From Minisyncoccota bacterium (GTDB lineage: Bacteria; Patescibacteriota; Minisyncoccia; Phycocordibacterales; DASSSU01): DNA of 64,000 bases. This document shows, one piece after another, positions 34,066-43,186 of this stretch (positions are counted from its first letter, which is position 1; each line of letters starts with the position of its first letter). The stretch spans positions 576-64,575 of the forward strand of contig DASSSU010000029.1 of NCBI GenBank assembly GCA_035708305.1. The letters run 5' to 3'. The notes beneath the pieces were generated by a model. It did not search any database. It saw only the letters and a list, made by a program, of their open reading frames with translations, and had not been told where the DNA came from. Position numbers and translations under genes: made by a program.

Positions 34066-34458
34066 ATGGAAAAAAAGGATTTTGAACAACTTGTCGTCGA
34101 GGCCTTTGATAATATTCCGGAGAAATTTCGGAAGGAGATCAAAAATGTTGCTCTCACGATCGAAGATGAACCAACGGCGGAAGATTTAGCGCAAAGAAAC
34201 TTGCAACCCAGCTCTCTGCTTCTCGGGCTGTATGTCGGGATTCCAGCGACGGAACGCGGAGCAAATTATGGCATTGGTGCGATTGGTCCGGATGTGATCA
34301 AAATTTTTCAGAAATCAATCGAAAAAGTGGCAGGTGATGATCTCGAACAAATTCGCGAGATAGTGAAAGAAACCGTCTGGCACGAATATGCGCACTACTT
34401 CGGAATGGATGAAGAGGAGGTAAGAAAGTGGGAAAACCAGAAGCGCGAGAAGAAGTGA
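34066..34458 (+). CDS. Zincin-like metallopeptidase family protein
   Basis: LLGLYVGIP, PD.I.IFQ and HEYAHYFG motifs. Confidence 0.88.
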   Translation: MEKKDFEQLVVEAFDNIPEKFRKEIKNVALTIEDEPTAEDLAQRNLQPSSLLLGLYVGIPATERGANYGIGAIGPDVIKIFQKSIEKVAGDDLEQIREIVKETVWHEYAHYFGMDEEEVRKWENQKREKK

Positions 34459-34549
34459 GGAACAAAGAAAAATGGCAGAAAATATTTTTTTAAAAAACAA
34501 AAACCCGACCAAATGTGATCGGGTTTTTAAATTTGTAAGCTCATTCGGG

Positions 34550-34759
34550 CTATTTTCTGTTGAAACTTTTTTCTTGGAGCTTCTGGTTGATTATTTTTAG
34601 TTCGAAATAGAGTCCACAAAAGAGCAGGAAAGAACCAGTGAGCGTCGATGTGATGATCTCTTCTGTCGACGGATGAGAAAACAAGGCTTCAAAAACCATA
34701 TTTCCCAAACTTCCCATTGCGCTGAGGAAAAAACACCAAGAAAGAAATTCTTTCATCAC
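34550..34759 (-). CDS. Small orphan two-TM protein
   Basis: TTGACT-17-TATTCT promoter, GGAG SD, terminator 34499-34528. Confidence 0.5.
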   Translation of the reverse strand: MMKEFLSWCFFLSAMGSLGNMVFEALFSHPSTEEIITSTLTGSFLLFCGLYFELKIINQKLQEKSFNRK

Positions 34760-34830
34760 TGTATCTCCGATCAGCTTGGGAGGGAAGAATACTTCTTTTT
34801 TCTGTAAAAGTCAAATATTCTGGGAAATCA

Positions 34831-34886
34831 GGAAAATAGCTCCATGTCCTTTTCGAAGTTTGTGGGCTTCACGAGAGCTATTTTCC
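34831..34886. repeat. Inverted repeat with the shared GAAGTTTGTGGGCTTCACGA core (minus orientation)
   Basis: GGAAAATAGCTC/GAGCTATTTTCC arms. Confidence 0.8.
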
Positions 34887-34935
34887 GATGGGGTGAATAA
34901 AAATTTTTCCGCAATACCGGAAAACATCTACACCT

Positions 34936-37080
34936 TCAGGCTTTATTGCAGAGCTTGATGAGCTCGTTGGTATCAACTGGTTTGGTAAGATGATAATCAA
35001 AGCCAGATTTTTCTGAACTTCTCCTGTCCTCTTCCTGTCCGTAGCCAGTCAAGGCGATGAGTGTGCCGGTAAAGTGCAGTTCCTCACGAATGATTTTTGC
35101 CAAATCGTGACCGTTCATGTCAGGTAATCCAATATCGAGAAGAATAACATCGGGCCCAAATTGCGCCGCTTTTTCTTTTGCCTCTGCAGCAGTATACACA
35201 CTCATTGTTTCGAAACCTGCCTTCCGGTGGAGAAGTTTGGCAGTGGTATCGGCAGCAGCAGTGTTGTCATCGACAATGAGAATACTTTTTCCAATCTTTT
35301 GGTTTTCAACGTTTCCTTTCAGCTTTTTTTGGGAACTTTTTTCTTCTTTGGGAGCCGGCAAAGCAAGGCTTGATGTTCCCAGCGAAAAAAGCGGCAATGA
35401 AACAGTGAATTCCGTACCGGTTCCTCTGCCTTCGCTTTTGGCGGCAATGTTCCCGTCGTGCATTTCAACGAGATTTTTCGTGAGTGCCAAGCCGATGCCG
35501 AGTCCTTCGCGGTAGTGATTTTCTGAGGCGGTTTGCAAAAAAGGCTGAAAAATACGTTCCAGTTCTGGCTTTTCGATGCCAATTCCGTTATCACGTATGT
35601 TGATTCTTGCACTTCCGGATTCTTTTTCCGCACTCATGAAAACCTTTCCGCCCGGTTCAGTAAACTTTATAGCATTGTCGAGCAGGTTTTCAAAAATTTG
35701 TCCGATACGTATCGGATCGCCGATGGTTTGAAGCGGCTCTGAAGGAAGCGTGGTGATGATTTGAATATTTTTTTTCACCGCGCGGCTTGCCATAGATCTG
35801 ACGGAAAGGCTGATGATCTCGCGGATGTCAACGGACTCTTTTTGAAGCAGGAGCTTTTGTTTTGAAATGCGCCCGACATCCAGAAGATCGTCCAAGAGCC
35901 GACTGATGGTTTTTGCTCGAGACTGGATCAGTTCATATGCTTCATGCTCTTCCTTGCTTTTGGTTTTTTTCATTTGGAGAAGCTCCACCGAACTCATGAT
36001 CGGTGCAAGTGGGTTTCGCAGCTCGTGGGCGAGTACGGAAATAAAATTACTTTTTGCCTCGTCTTCCATGCGGATGCGTTTCAGTGCCTTTTCCAGCTGA
36101 TCGACCTGTTCTTTCAGGTGGCCGAGTGCGGTGCGTCGGTCTTGCCCGAGCGAGACGATAATGAAAAAGATGACCGAAAGAGAGATGACCAGGATCTCAA
36201 TTCCATAGAGCATGCCTCCCATGTCCGAAATGTTTTGGTGGACACCAAATATGGTCCCAAGAAGAGCAAGAACAGTGAGAGAGAGCATGCCAAACGCGGT
36301 GACACGCGAACCGAGCCGAAGCGCCATCCACATCATGAGAAACAGCCCCAGATAGCCCAAAAAAGTATCTAAATATCGAAATTCATCCGTCCACCAGAAA
36401 AAAACATTTCCGATAATAAAAATCGTAAGCACCGCCCAAATTTCGATTGGACGATCAAATTGCAGAACTTTTTTTGAACTGAAACGAATAATGGCAAGAG
36501 CGACGATAAGCAAGCTGATGAGAATTCCTACCCACCAGTGCATCCAGGAAAAAATTGGCAAGGGCGTTCCCAAAACAGCGTACTCAAGGTACCATGCGCC
36601 GTAACCCACAGTAGGAATGATGAATGAAATGAGAAGGGTGGTACCCAAGAACGCCATCATGTCGCGCACATGCCCGAGCGTGTAGCCGAAATTAAAGCGT
36701 CTCAAAAGGTATGCACCCAAAAGAGAGGTGAGAGTATACGCCAGTGGAAGAAGCAAAAGAGGAATAAAAGGAAATCCGTTTATGGTGAAGCTCAAGATTC
36801 CGGCAAGAAAAATGGCGGGCCAGAGAGAGATGTCTAAAATGACAAGTCCGGCAAAAGCGACACCGGCAGCGGGGGAGACGATAGCCGGGTTAATAAAAAG
36901 CGAAAAGCCAATTTGAAGTGCGGCGAGAAAAGCTAAAAAAAGTATCGCAAATTGAAGTGCATACTTGTTTTTTCGCATTTTTGGGGTTTCGTTTGGAGTG
37001 CTTTTCGTCCAAAAATCTTCCAGATGCGGAGTGAATTGCATAGAATGTTTCCATTCTATAGAAGGAAAATAAAGAGTCAA
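34936..37080 (-). CDS. Hybrid sensor histidine kinase/response regulator with MASE1-like membrane domain (start uncertain)
   Basis: Multi-TM N-terminus; AHELRNPL, NLLDNAIKF and GLGIGL motifs; REC LDIGLPDMNG. Confidence 0.92.
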   Translation of the reverse strand: MTLYFPSIEWKHSMQFTPHLEDFWTKSTPNETPKMRKNKYALQFAILFLAFLAALQIGFSLFINPAIVSPAAGVAFAGLVILDISLWPAIFLAGILSFTINGFPFIPLLLLPLAYTLTSLLGAYLLRRFNFGYTLGHVRDMMAFLGTTLLISFIIPTVGYGAWYLEYAVLGTPLPIFSWMHWWVGILISLLIVALAIIRFSSKKVLQFDRPIEIWAVLTIFIIGNVFFWWTDEFRYLDTFLGYLGLFLMMWMALRLGSRVTAFGMLSLTVLALLGTIFGVHQNISDMGGMLYGIEILVISLSVIFFIIVSLGQDRRTALGHLKEQVDQLEKALKRIRMEDEAKSNFISVLAHELRNPLAPIMSSVELLQMKKTKSKEEHEAYELIQSRAKTISRLLDDLLDVGRISKQKLLLQKESVDIREIISLSVRSMASRAVKKNIQIITTLPSEPLQTIGDPIRIGQIFENLLDNAIKFTEPGGKVFMSAEKESGSARINIRDNGIGIEKPELERIFQPFLQTASENHYREGLGIGLALTKNLVEMHDGNIAAKSEGRGTGTEFTVSLPLFSLGTSSLALPAPKEEKSSQKKLKGNVENQKIGKSILIVDDNTAAADTTAKLLHRKAGFETMSVYTAAEAKEKAAQFGPDVILLDIGLPDMNGHDLAKIIREELHFTGTLIALTGYGQEEDRRSSEKSGFDYHLTKPVDTNELIKLCNKA

Positions 37081-37128
37081 TGAAGGTGAGGGATGGAAAT
37101 TTTTTTGTGAATTTCATTTACTCGGACT

Positions 37129-37173
37129 TGAAGTCCCTCACGCGAGGCAAGAAGTTGCCTCGCTCTCCGGCAC
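37129..37173. repeat. Interrupted inverted copy of the tRNA-Leu 3' end
   Basis: AAGTCCCTC-[hairpin]-CTCCGGCAC is complementary to GTGCCGGAGGAGGGACTT. Confidence 0.75.
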
Positions 37174-37194
37174 TGCGTTCACTTTGTTCACTTG

Positions 37195-37276
37195 TGCCGG
37201 AGGAGGGACTTGAACCCTCAAGCCTTGCGGCATGCGATTTTGAGTCGCACATGGTTACCAATTTCATCACTCCGGC
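37195..37276 (-). tRNA. tRNA-Leu(CAA)
   Basis: GCCGGAG acceptor stem, GCGACTCAAAATCGC anticodon arm, long variable arm; CCA not encoded. Confidence 0.95.
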
Positions 37277-37380
37277 AGGAATGTCTTTGCAGAAACATTG
37301 TAGCCATTTTGTCTAAAAAAATCAATTTTTGCGGATTTTTCAACATTTTTTTCATCTTCAAAGTGTGTTAAAATGCCTGC

Positions 37381-38895
37381 ATGAAGAATTACCTGAATGA
37401 TTCTATTTTTTGGATTGAAGTTGAAAAAATTCAGCCCAACCCGTATCAGCCGCGACGGGATTTTAACGAAGATGCTCTGAATGATCTCGCAGACTCTATC
37501 CGACAGTATGGGATTTTACAGCCACTGGTGGTGACGCGAAAAGAAGAAGAAAAAGAAGATGGAGGCATTCGCGTGACGTATGAACTCATCGCAGGAGAAC
37601 GACGCCTGCGCGCTTCGAAGATCGCGGGAATTGCACAGGTTCCGGCAGTGATCCGTTCTGCGCCGGAAGATCCAAAAGCAAAACTTGAGCTTGCCATCAT
37701 CGAAAACCTTCAACGCGAAGACCTGAACCCGGTGGACCGCGCTCGAGCATTTGCGCGCTTGGTGGAGGAGTTTGGCTTCAAGCACAGCGAAGTAGCGAAG
37801 AAAGTGGGTCGCAGTCGTGAGTATGTTTCCAACACGCTTCGGCTTTTGGATCTTCCCGAAGAGGTTTTGGTGGCAGTTCGCCAAGGGAAAATCACGGAAG
37901 GACATGCGCGTACGGTGATGATGCTTGCCGATCGTCCGGATGAGCAAAAAGTTCTTTTTAAAGAAATTCTTTATAAGAAACTTTCGGTTCGGGAAGCAGA
38001 AGCGATCGCGCGGGAAATTGCTCATGACCGCGTACGGAAGAAAAAGTACGTTCCGGATCCGGAAATTTCCGCTCTGGAAGGGAGACTTTCCAATTCTTTA
38101 GGAACGCGCGTTCACATCGAGCGGCGCGAAAATGGTGGAAAATTGGTGATCGACTTTTTCACAAAGAATGATCTTGAAGATATTTTGGAACTGATCAAAT
38201 CCAATAAAATTAACGGGAAAGATGCATTCATGGAACGGTTCATTCAAAGCCAGGCGGGTGCGGGAAAATCTGAAGAGAAAACTGAAGGCATGAGTGAAGA
38301 AATGAAAACGGAAGAGAAAAGCACGCCGGCTTTTGAGGAAAGAAGATATTCGTACCCAAACTCAAGTGAAGTGGAGCCGGAATTAAAGCCTTGGATGCAT
38401 CCTGAAGTTTCAGCGGAAATGCCAGAGGAAAGTCTTCCGGCAGTGGAAAGTCCAAAGTCTTTGAGTGAACATCCGCAGGAACGCCATCTTGAAGATCTAG
38501 AAACGCTTCCGATGCAAATGGATGAGCCGATGCCGCAAGAACTTCAGGACATTTCAGACCAAAACCTGAATCAAAATATATATCCAAACCCAAGTTCAGG
38601 TTCAAATCCAAACGTAAATCTCTCTCCGCATAACTTTGATCGTTTTCAAACTCCTCCAAACTTCCAGGCTGAAGAATTCCGAAAAGACATGCCTTCTCAG
38701 AGTCAAGAGAAGGGAACTGGAATTTACGGAGAAAACATCGAAAGTCATGAGCAGAATGTTCCAGAGCCGGTGCGCTCGGAAAGACAAATACAGCAAGAGC
38801 AAAACTGGAATGAAGATCCGGAAATTGAAAAGCAGCAAAAACGAAACAACGGCGAAGATGATGACTTGTATTCTGTCAAAAATTTCACCATTTAG
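37381..38895 (+). CDS. parB: ParB/Spo0J partition protein with long acidic C-terminal tail
   Basis: PNPYQPR, IAGERRLRA and IENLQREDL motifs; HTH. Confidence 0.93.
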   Translation: MKNYLNDSIFWIEVEKIQPNPYQPRRDFNEDALNDLADSIRQYGILQPLVVTRKEEEKEDGGIRVTYELIAGERRLRASKIAGIAQVPAVIRSAPEDPKAKLELAIIENLQREDLNPVDRARAFARLVEEFGFKHSEVAKKVGRSREYVSNTLRLLDLPEEVLVAVRQGKITEGHARTVMMLADRPDEQKVLFKEILYKKLSVREAEAIAREIAHDRVRKKKYVPDPEISALEGRLSNSLGTRVHIERRENGGKLVIDFFTKNDLEDILELIKSNKINGKDAFMERFIQSQAGAGKSEEKTEGMSEEMKTEEKSTPAFEERRYSYPNSSEVEPELKPWMHPEVSAEMPEESLPAVESPKSLSEHPQERHLEDLETLPMQMDEPMPQELQDISDQNLNQNIYPNPSSGSNPNVNLSPHNFDRFQTPPNFQAEEFRKDMPSQSQEKGTGIYGENIESHEQNVPEPVRSERQIQQEQNWNEDPEIEKQQKRNNGEDDDLYSVKNFTI

Positions 38896-38958
38896 ACTGC
38901 TGAATTTTTAAAAAAAGAAAAATTCCATAATCAGATGGAATTTTTTTTATGAAAATTT

Positions 38959-40437
38959 TTAATGAGCTTTCTGATGCTGAAGTGCAGAGCGGATGTGTCG
39001 CTGAGCAAGCGCGGTCTTGGTGCTCTTCATCCATTTTTCTGTTGGCCGGGCGTTTCTTTTGGTAATGACTTCTACAATGTCGCCGTTTTTGAGCTTAGTA
39101 TCAATCGAAAGAAATTTTCCGTTGATCTTTGCACCGACGATATGATCGCCGATGTCGGAATGAATCGAGTAGGCGAGATCGATCGGACTGGAACCTTCTG
39201 GAAGGTCGATCACATCGTTCTTGGGGGTGAAGACAAAAATCCGATCTTCAAAAAAATCTGTTTTCAGATTTTCGAGAAAAACACCTGATTCTTCCACATT
39301 TTTCTGCCGTTCTACCAACTCTTCGATCCAGAGCAGGTTTTTCTTGAGCTGATCACCTTTTTTGCGCCCCAGACCTTCTTTGTAGAGGGTGTGCGAGGCG
39401 ATCCCGTATTCTGCTTCTTCGTGCATTTTTTGTGTGCGGATCTGTATTTCGATCACGCCACCATCGCCGATAAAAATATTGGTATGAATGCTCTGGTAGC
39501 CGTTTGGCTTTGGGGTGGCGATGTAGTCTTTGATCCTGCCAGGAAGCGGGCGCCACAGACCATGCACGATCCCGAGCACGCGGTAGCAATCTTCTACAGA
39601 ATTTACAATCACACGAATGGCGATCAGGTCATACACCTTGTCGATGTCCATGTCGTGGCGCAAAAGTTTTTTGTAGAGGCTGTACACGCCTTTAATGCGT
39701 TTGGAAGTTTGAGCATCTTTCAGGCCGTCTTCCGCCAGTTTTTGCTTGAGGGTGCGATAGACTTTTTGAAGCGGCTTTTCTCCCGCTTTGCTTTTTTGCT
39801 TCAGCAGTTTTTTTACTTCCTCGTATTCTTCCGGGTACGCGAAAGGGAAAGAATACTCTTCCAGCTCACCCTTGAGTTTTCCCATACCGAGACGGTTGGC
39901 AAGCGGAGCGTAAATTTCGAGTGTTTCCATGGCAATGCGTTTCTGTTTGTCTTTGCGGACGTATCTGAGAGTACTGACGTTGTGCAGACGGTCGGCAAAC
40001 TTGATGATCAGCACGCGGATGTCTTTGGAGGAAGCAATGAAAAGTTTGCGCAAACTCTCTGTGTGCCGTTTCACTCCCTGATATCGGTAGGTTCCAAGTT
40101 TCGTGACTCCTTCCACTAAAAAAAGAATTTTTTCGCCAAAAAGATCGCGCAGTTCTTCTTTGGTTGTTTCTGTGTCTTCAAGGGTATCGTGCAAAAACCC
40201 GGCGGCAATGGTTTCTGCATCTGCTCCAAAGCCGGCAAGGTTGAGCGCCGTGGCATAGACGTGGTTGAAATACGGTTCTCCCGAAAAGCGCTTCTGTCCG
40301 TCATGTGCTTTTTCCGCAAAAAAATACGCACGCTTGAGAAGCATTTGCTCTTCTTCGGACGGAGTACGCTTCATCTCGGAAAAGAGTTTCTGGAGCTCTG
40401 CCTGGCTGTTGCGAAGGTTGCGGTACAGGATTTTCAT
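38959..40437 (-). CDS. RelA/SpoT-family (p)ppGpp synthetase/hydrolase (HD-SYNTH-TGS)
   Basis: LHDTLED, KFADRLHN, RIKDYIATPKPNGYQSIH and EIQIRT motifs; TGS domain. Confidence 0.95.
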   Translation of the reverse strand: MKILYRNLRNSQAELQKLFSEMKRTPSEEEQMLLKRAYFFAEKAHDGQKRFSGEPYFNHVYATALNLAGFGADAETIAAGFLHDTLEDTETTKEELRDLFGEKILFLVEGVTKLGTYRYQGVKRHTESLRKLFIASSKDIRVLIIKFADRLHNVSTLRYVRKDKQKRIAMETLEIYAPLANRLGMGKLKGELEEYSFPFAYPEEYEEVKKLLKQKSKAGEKPLQKVYRTLKQKLAEDGLKDAQTSKRIKGVYSLYKKLLRHDMDIDKVYDLIAIRVIVNSVEDCYRVLGIVHGLWRPLPGRIKDYIATPKPNGYQSIHTNIFIGDGGVIEIQIRTQKMHEEAEYGIASHTLYKEGLGRKKGDQLKKNLLWIEELVERQKNVEESGVFLENLKTDFFEDRIFVFTPKNDVIDLPEGSSPIDLAYSIHSDIGDHIVGAKINGKFLSIDTKLKNGDIVEVITKRNARPTEKWMKSTKTALAQRHIRSALQHQKAH

Positions 40438-40508
40438 GTTGGTGGTCTTTACATTCTCGATTTTGATACTATACTACTTTTGGTCCCATTTCAAAAGGAG
40501 GTGTTATT

Positions 40509-40709
40509 TTGTGTAATGCTGGTTTACAACCGAAAATCAGAGGCTGGGCTCTTTGCCGTTGTCACCGCGAACCTGCGGTTTGGAATTCAAAATACGAACG
40601 ATGGCAGTGCGCCCGGAATACTGATCGAAAGTGTGTAAGAGTAAAATCAGAAAAGGAGCAAAATGGGGAAACATGTCGAAGATATCATCAGAGACAGAGA
40701 AAAAAATAA
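40509..40709 (+). CDS. Small orphan Cys-rich basic protein
   Basis: AAGGAGGTG SD before a TTG start; terminator 40734-40770. Confidence 0.4.
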   Translation: MCNAGLQPKIRGWALCRCHREPAVWNSKYERWQCARNTDRKCVRVKSEKEQNGETCRRYHQRQRKK

Positions 40710-40825
40710 AGAATAAAAACAAGAATCAAGAAGAAAAGCCCCGACATGATCGGGGCTTTTGATTTTTTTTGAAGAAGGCTTACCAAAATGACCGCGCACG
40801 CAAAGCAGTTTACATGCTTCCAGTA

Positions 40826-43036
40826 CTATTTATTTAGCTTGTGCGGGTTGTGGTTCGGACATGTCTTATCGCTGCATCGTTCGGGAATCGTCTTCGTGCC
40901 TTCCATCATGAGGGCGCCGCACTTTTCGCCGTTTTCGCGGATGTAGTCACAGTATCTTCCCGTCGGCTTTGCCTTGATCGCGTACTTGCACTTTGGATAA
41001 TTGCTGCAGCCATAGAAAACACCAAAGCGCCCGCGCCGTTCTGCCATTTCGCCTTTCCCACAGACCGGGCAGAGAACACCGGTTTTTTTCTTCGCTTCCT
41101 CTTCTTCATCCTGCTTCACAAATTTGCATTTTGGATAATTTTCGCATGAGATGAAAAAACCAAAACGTCCCTCGCGTTTGACGAGTTCGCCGCCGCATTC
41201 CGGACATTTCTCACCGATCTTCTTCGGTCCCTCAAGCACGTCGCCTTCCGCGGTTCGTGCGCCAGTGCACTCGGGGAAGCGTGAACAACTCATAAACTTG
41301 CCGTTCCGTGCGAGTTTCCAGACCATTCCCGCGCCGCATTCCGGGCACTTGAACTCTTCCGGTGCGTCTCCCATGTTTGTGATTTTTTCCGCATCCTTTT
41401 TGGATTCCACCTGTTTATGAAACGGACCGTAAAAATTGGAGAGGATTTTGGTGTATTCTTTTTCTCCTGAAGCGATTTTGTCGAGATCCTCTTCCATTTC
41501 GGCGGTAAACTCGTCGCCAATGATGTTGTCAAAATGTTTTTCCAAAAATCCGGATACCACCTCTCCCGTGTCGGTCGGGCGAAGCGCTTTGCCTTCTTTC
41601 TCCACATACCCGCGGCTGATGATGGTGCTGATGATGGTGGCGTAAGTTGACGGGCGGCCAATTCCGCGCTTTTCGAGTTCTTTCACCAAGCCGGCTTCCG
41701 AGTAGCGGTGCGGCGGCTGGGTTTCTTTTTGCTCGGATTCAATAGAAATGAGATCAAGCGGATCTCCTGCGGCAACTTTCGGCAGCTCCACATCCTCGCC
41801 GCGCGAACCCGGATCTGCGAGAAACCACCCCGGGAAAAGTGTGCGCGAACCATTTGAGACAAAATCTGGAACTAAATCACTCTCAATGTTCGCGGTAATC
41901 TTGGTTTTCAGAAGTTTTGCGTCCGCCATTTGTGAAGCAACGGTTCGCTGCCAGATCAGCTGATAGAGCGCTTTTTGTTCGGCGTTCATGCCGAGATTTT
42001 GTTTGCCAGCGTTGGTGGGGCGGATAGCTTCATGTGCTTCCTGTGCGCCCTTGCTTTTTGTTTTAAATGTTCGCGGCGAGACGTATTCTTTGCCGTAGAC
42101 GTTTTCGATTTCATGCAAAATCTGTCCAACCGCTTGCTTGGAAAGAACCGTGCTGTCGGTGCGCATGTAGGTGATGTGTCCCGCTTCGTAGAGTCGCTGA
42201 GCGATGCGCATGGTGCGGGAAGGGGAAAACCCGAGCCGGGTACTCGCTGCCTGCTGAAGCGTGGAGGTGGTGAACGGCGCACGCGGGGAGCGCTTTGCAT
42301 CGCTTTCTTTTACATTTTTCACACTCCAGGATTCTTTTCTCCCGCGGGAGAGGATTGTTTCCATTTCTTTTTCATCGGTCGGCTCTTTGCTGCACACGAG
42401 CGGAAAGTCAAATCCGGCCTTGGTTTTGGTTTTTGCCGTGATGGTCCAGAAAATTTCCGGAATAAACGCGCGGATCTCGCGTTCACGCTCTACAATGATC
42501 CGAAGTGCAGGAGACTGCACGCGTCCGGCAGAGAGTCCGTAGCGAACCTTCTTCCAGATCAGTCCGGAGAGATCATACCCAACAAGACGGTCCAGCACGC
42601 GCCGCGCCTCCTGGGCGCTTTTGAGATCCATGTCGATCTTTCGCGGATGTGCAGCCGCGTCTTGTACTGCATCTTTGGTGATTTCGTGAAAAACGATCCG
42701 CTTCGGGTCCTTCAGCTTGAGCACCTCGGCAATGTGCCAGGCGATGGCCTCACCTTCGCGGTCGGGGTCAGTCGCGAGAATCACTTCACTTGCTCCGGAG
42801 GAGAGTTTTTGAAGTTCGTGAATCACCTTCGCTTTTTTCTCAAGCGTTTCATAGTGCGGCAAAAAACCGCCCGGGATGTCAATGGCTTTTTTGTTGGACT
42901 TCGGAAGATCGCGCACGTGCCCTACCGAAGAGCGCACGATATAATCGCTCCCGAGGTATTTTTCGATCGTTTTCGCCTTTGCGGGAGACTCAACGATCAC
43001 GAGTTTTTTCTTTTTGGTGAACTGGGTCATGAGCAC
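40826..43036 (-). CDS. topA: DNA topoisomerase I
   Basis: IVESPAKAKTI, ATDPDREGEAI, SAGRVQS and ITYMRTD motifs; C-terminal Zn ribbons. Confidence 0.98.
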   Translation of the reverse strand: MLMTQFTKKKKLVIVESPAKAKTIEKYLGSDYIVRSSVGHVRDLPKSNKKAIDIPGGFLPHYETLEKKAKVIHELQKLSSGASEVILATDPDREGEAIAWHIAEVLKLKDPKRIVFHEITKDAVQDAAAHPRKIDMDLKSAQEARRVLDRLVGYDLSGLIWKKVRYGLSAGRVQSPALRIIVEREREIRAFIPEIFWTITAKTKTKAGFDFPLVCSKEPTDEKEMETILSRGRKESWSVKNVKESDAKRSPRAPFTTSTLQQAASTRLGFSPSRTMRIAQRLYEAGHITYMRTDSTVLSKQAVGQILHEIENVYGKEYVSPRTFKTKSKGAQEAHEAIRPTNAGKQNLGMNAEQKALYQLIWQRTVASQMADAKLLKTKITANIESDLVPDFVSNGSRTLFPGWFLADPGSRGEDVELPKVAAGDPLDLISIESEQKETQPPHRYSEAGLVKELEKRGIGRPSTYATIISTIISRGYVEKEGKALRPTDTGEVVSGFLEKHFDNIIGDEFTAEMEEDLDKIASGEKEYTKILSNFYGPFHKQVESKKDAEKITNMGDAPEEFKCPECGAGMVWKLARNGKFMSCSRFPECTGARTAEGDVLEGPKKIGEKCPECGGELVKREGRFGFFISCENYPKCKFVKQDEEEEAKKKTGVLCPVCGKGEMAERRGRFGVFYGCSNYPKCKYAIKAKPTGRYCDYIRENGEKCGALMMEGTKTIPERCSDKTCPNHNPHKLNK

Positions 43037-43186
43037 ACTATATTATGATTTTTTCAATCAGCATATATCAATACTACAAAATCAAGAATTTTGCAAAATT
43101 TTTTTCAAAATCGCTTTTGCTTTCTTCATTTTGTTTATAAATTTTTTTCTTGGAAAAGCGAAGAGCGTGGTATGATGTTTTCTGAC

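Noticed and set aside
38959-40437. Short Rel lacking ACT domain (and short Obg) as pseudogenes
   Set aside because: Catalytic motifs are intact, stops are clean, and no remnant downstream frame was seen; they look like compact variants.
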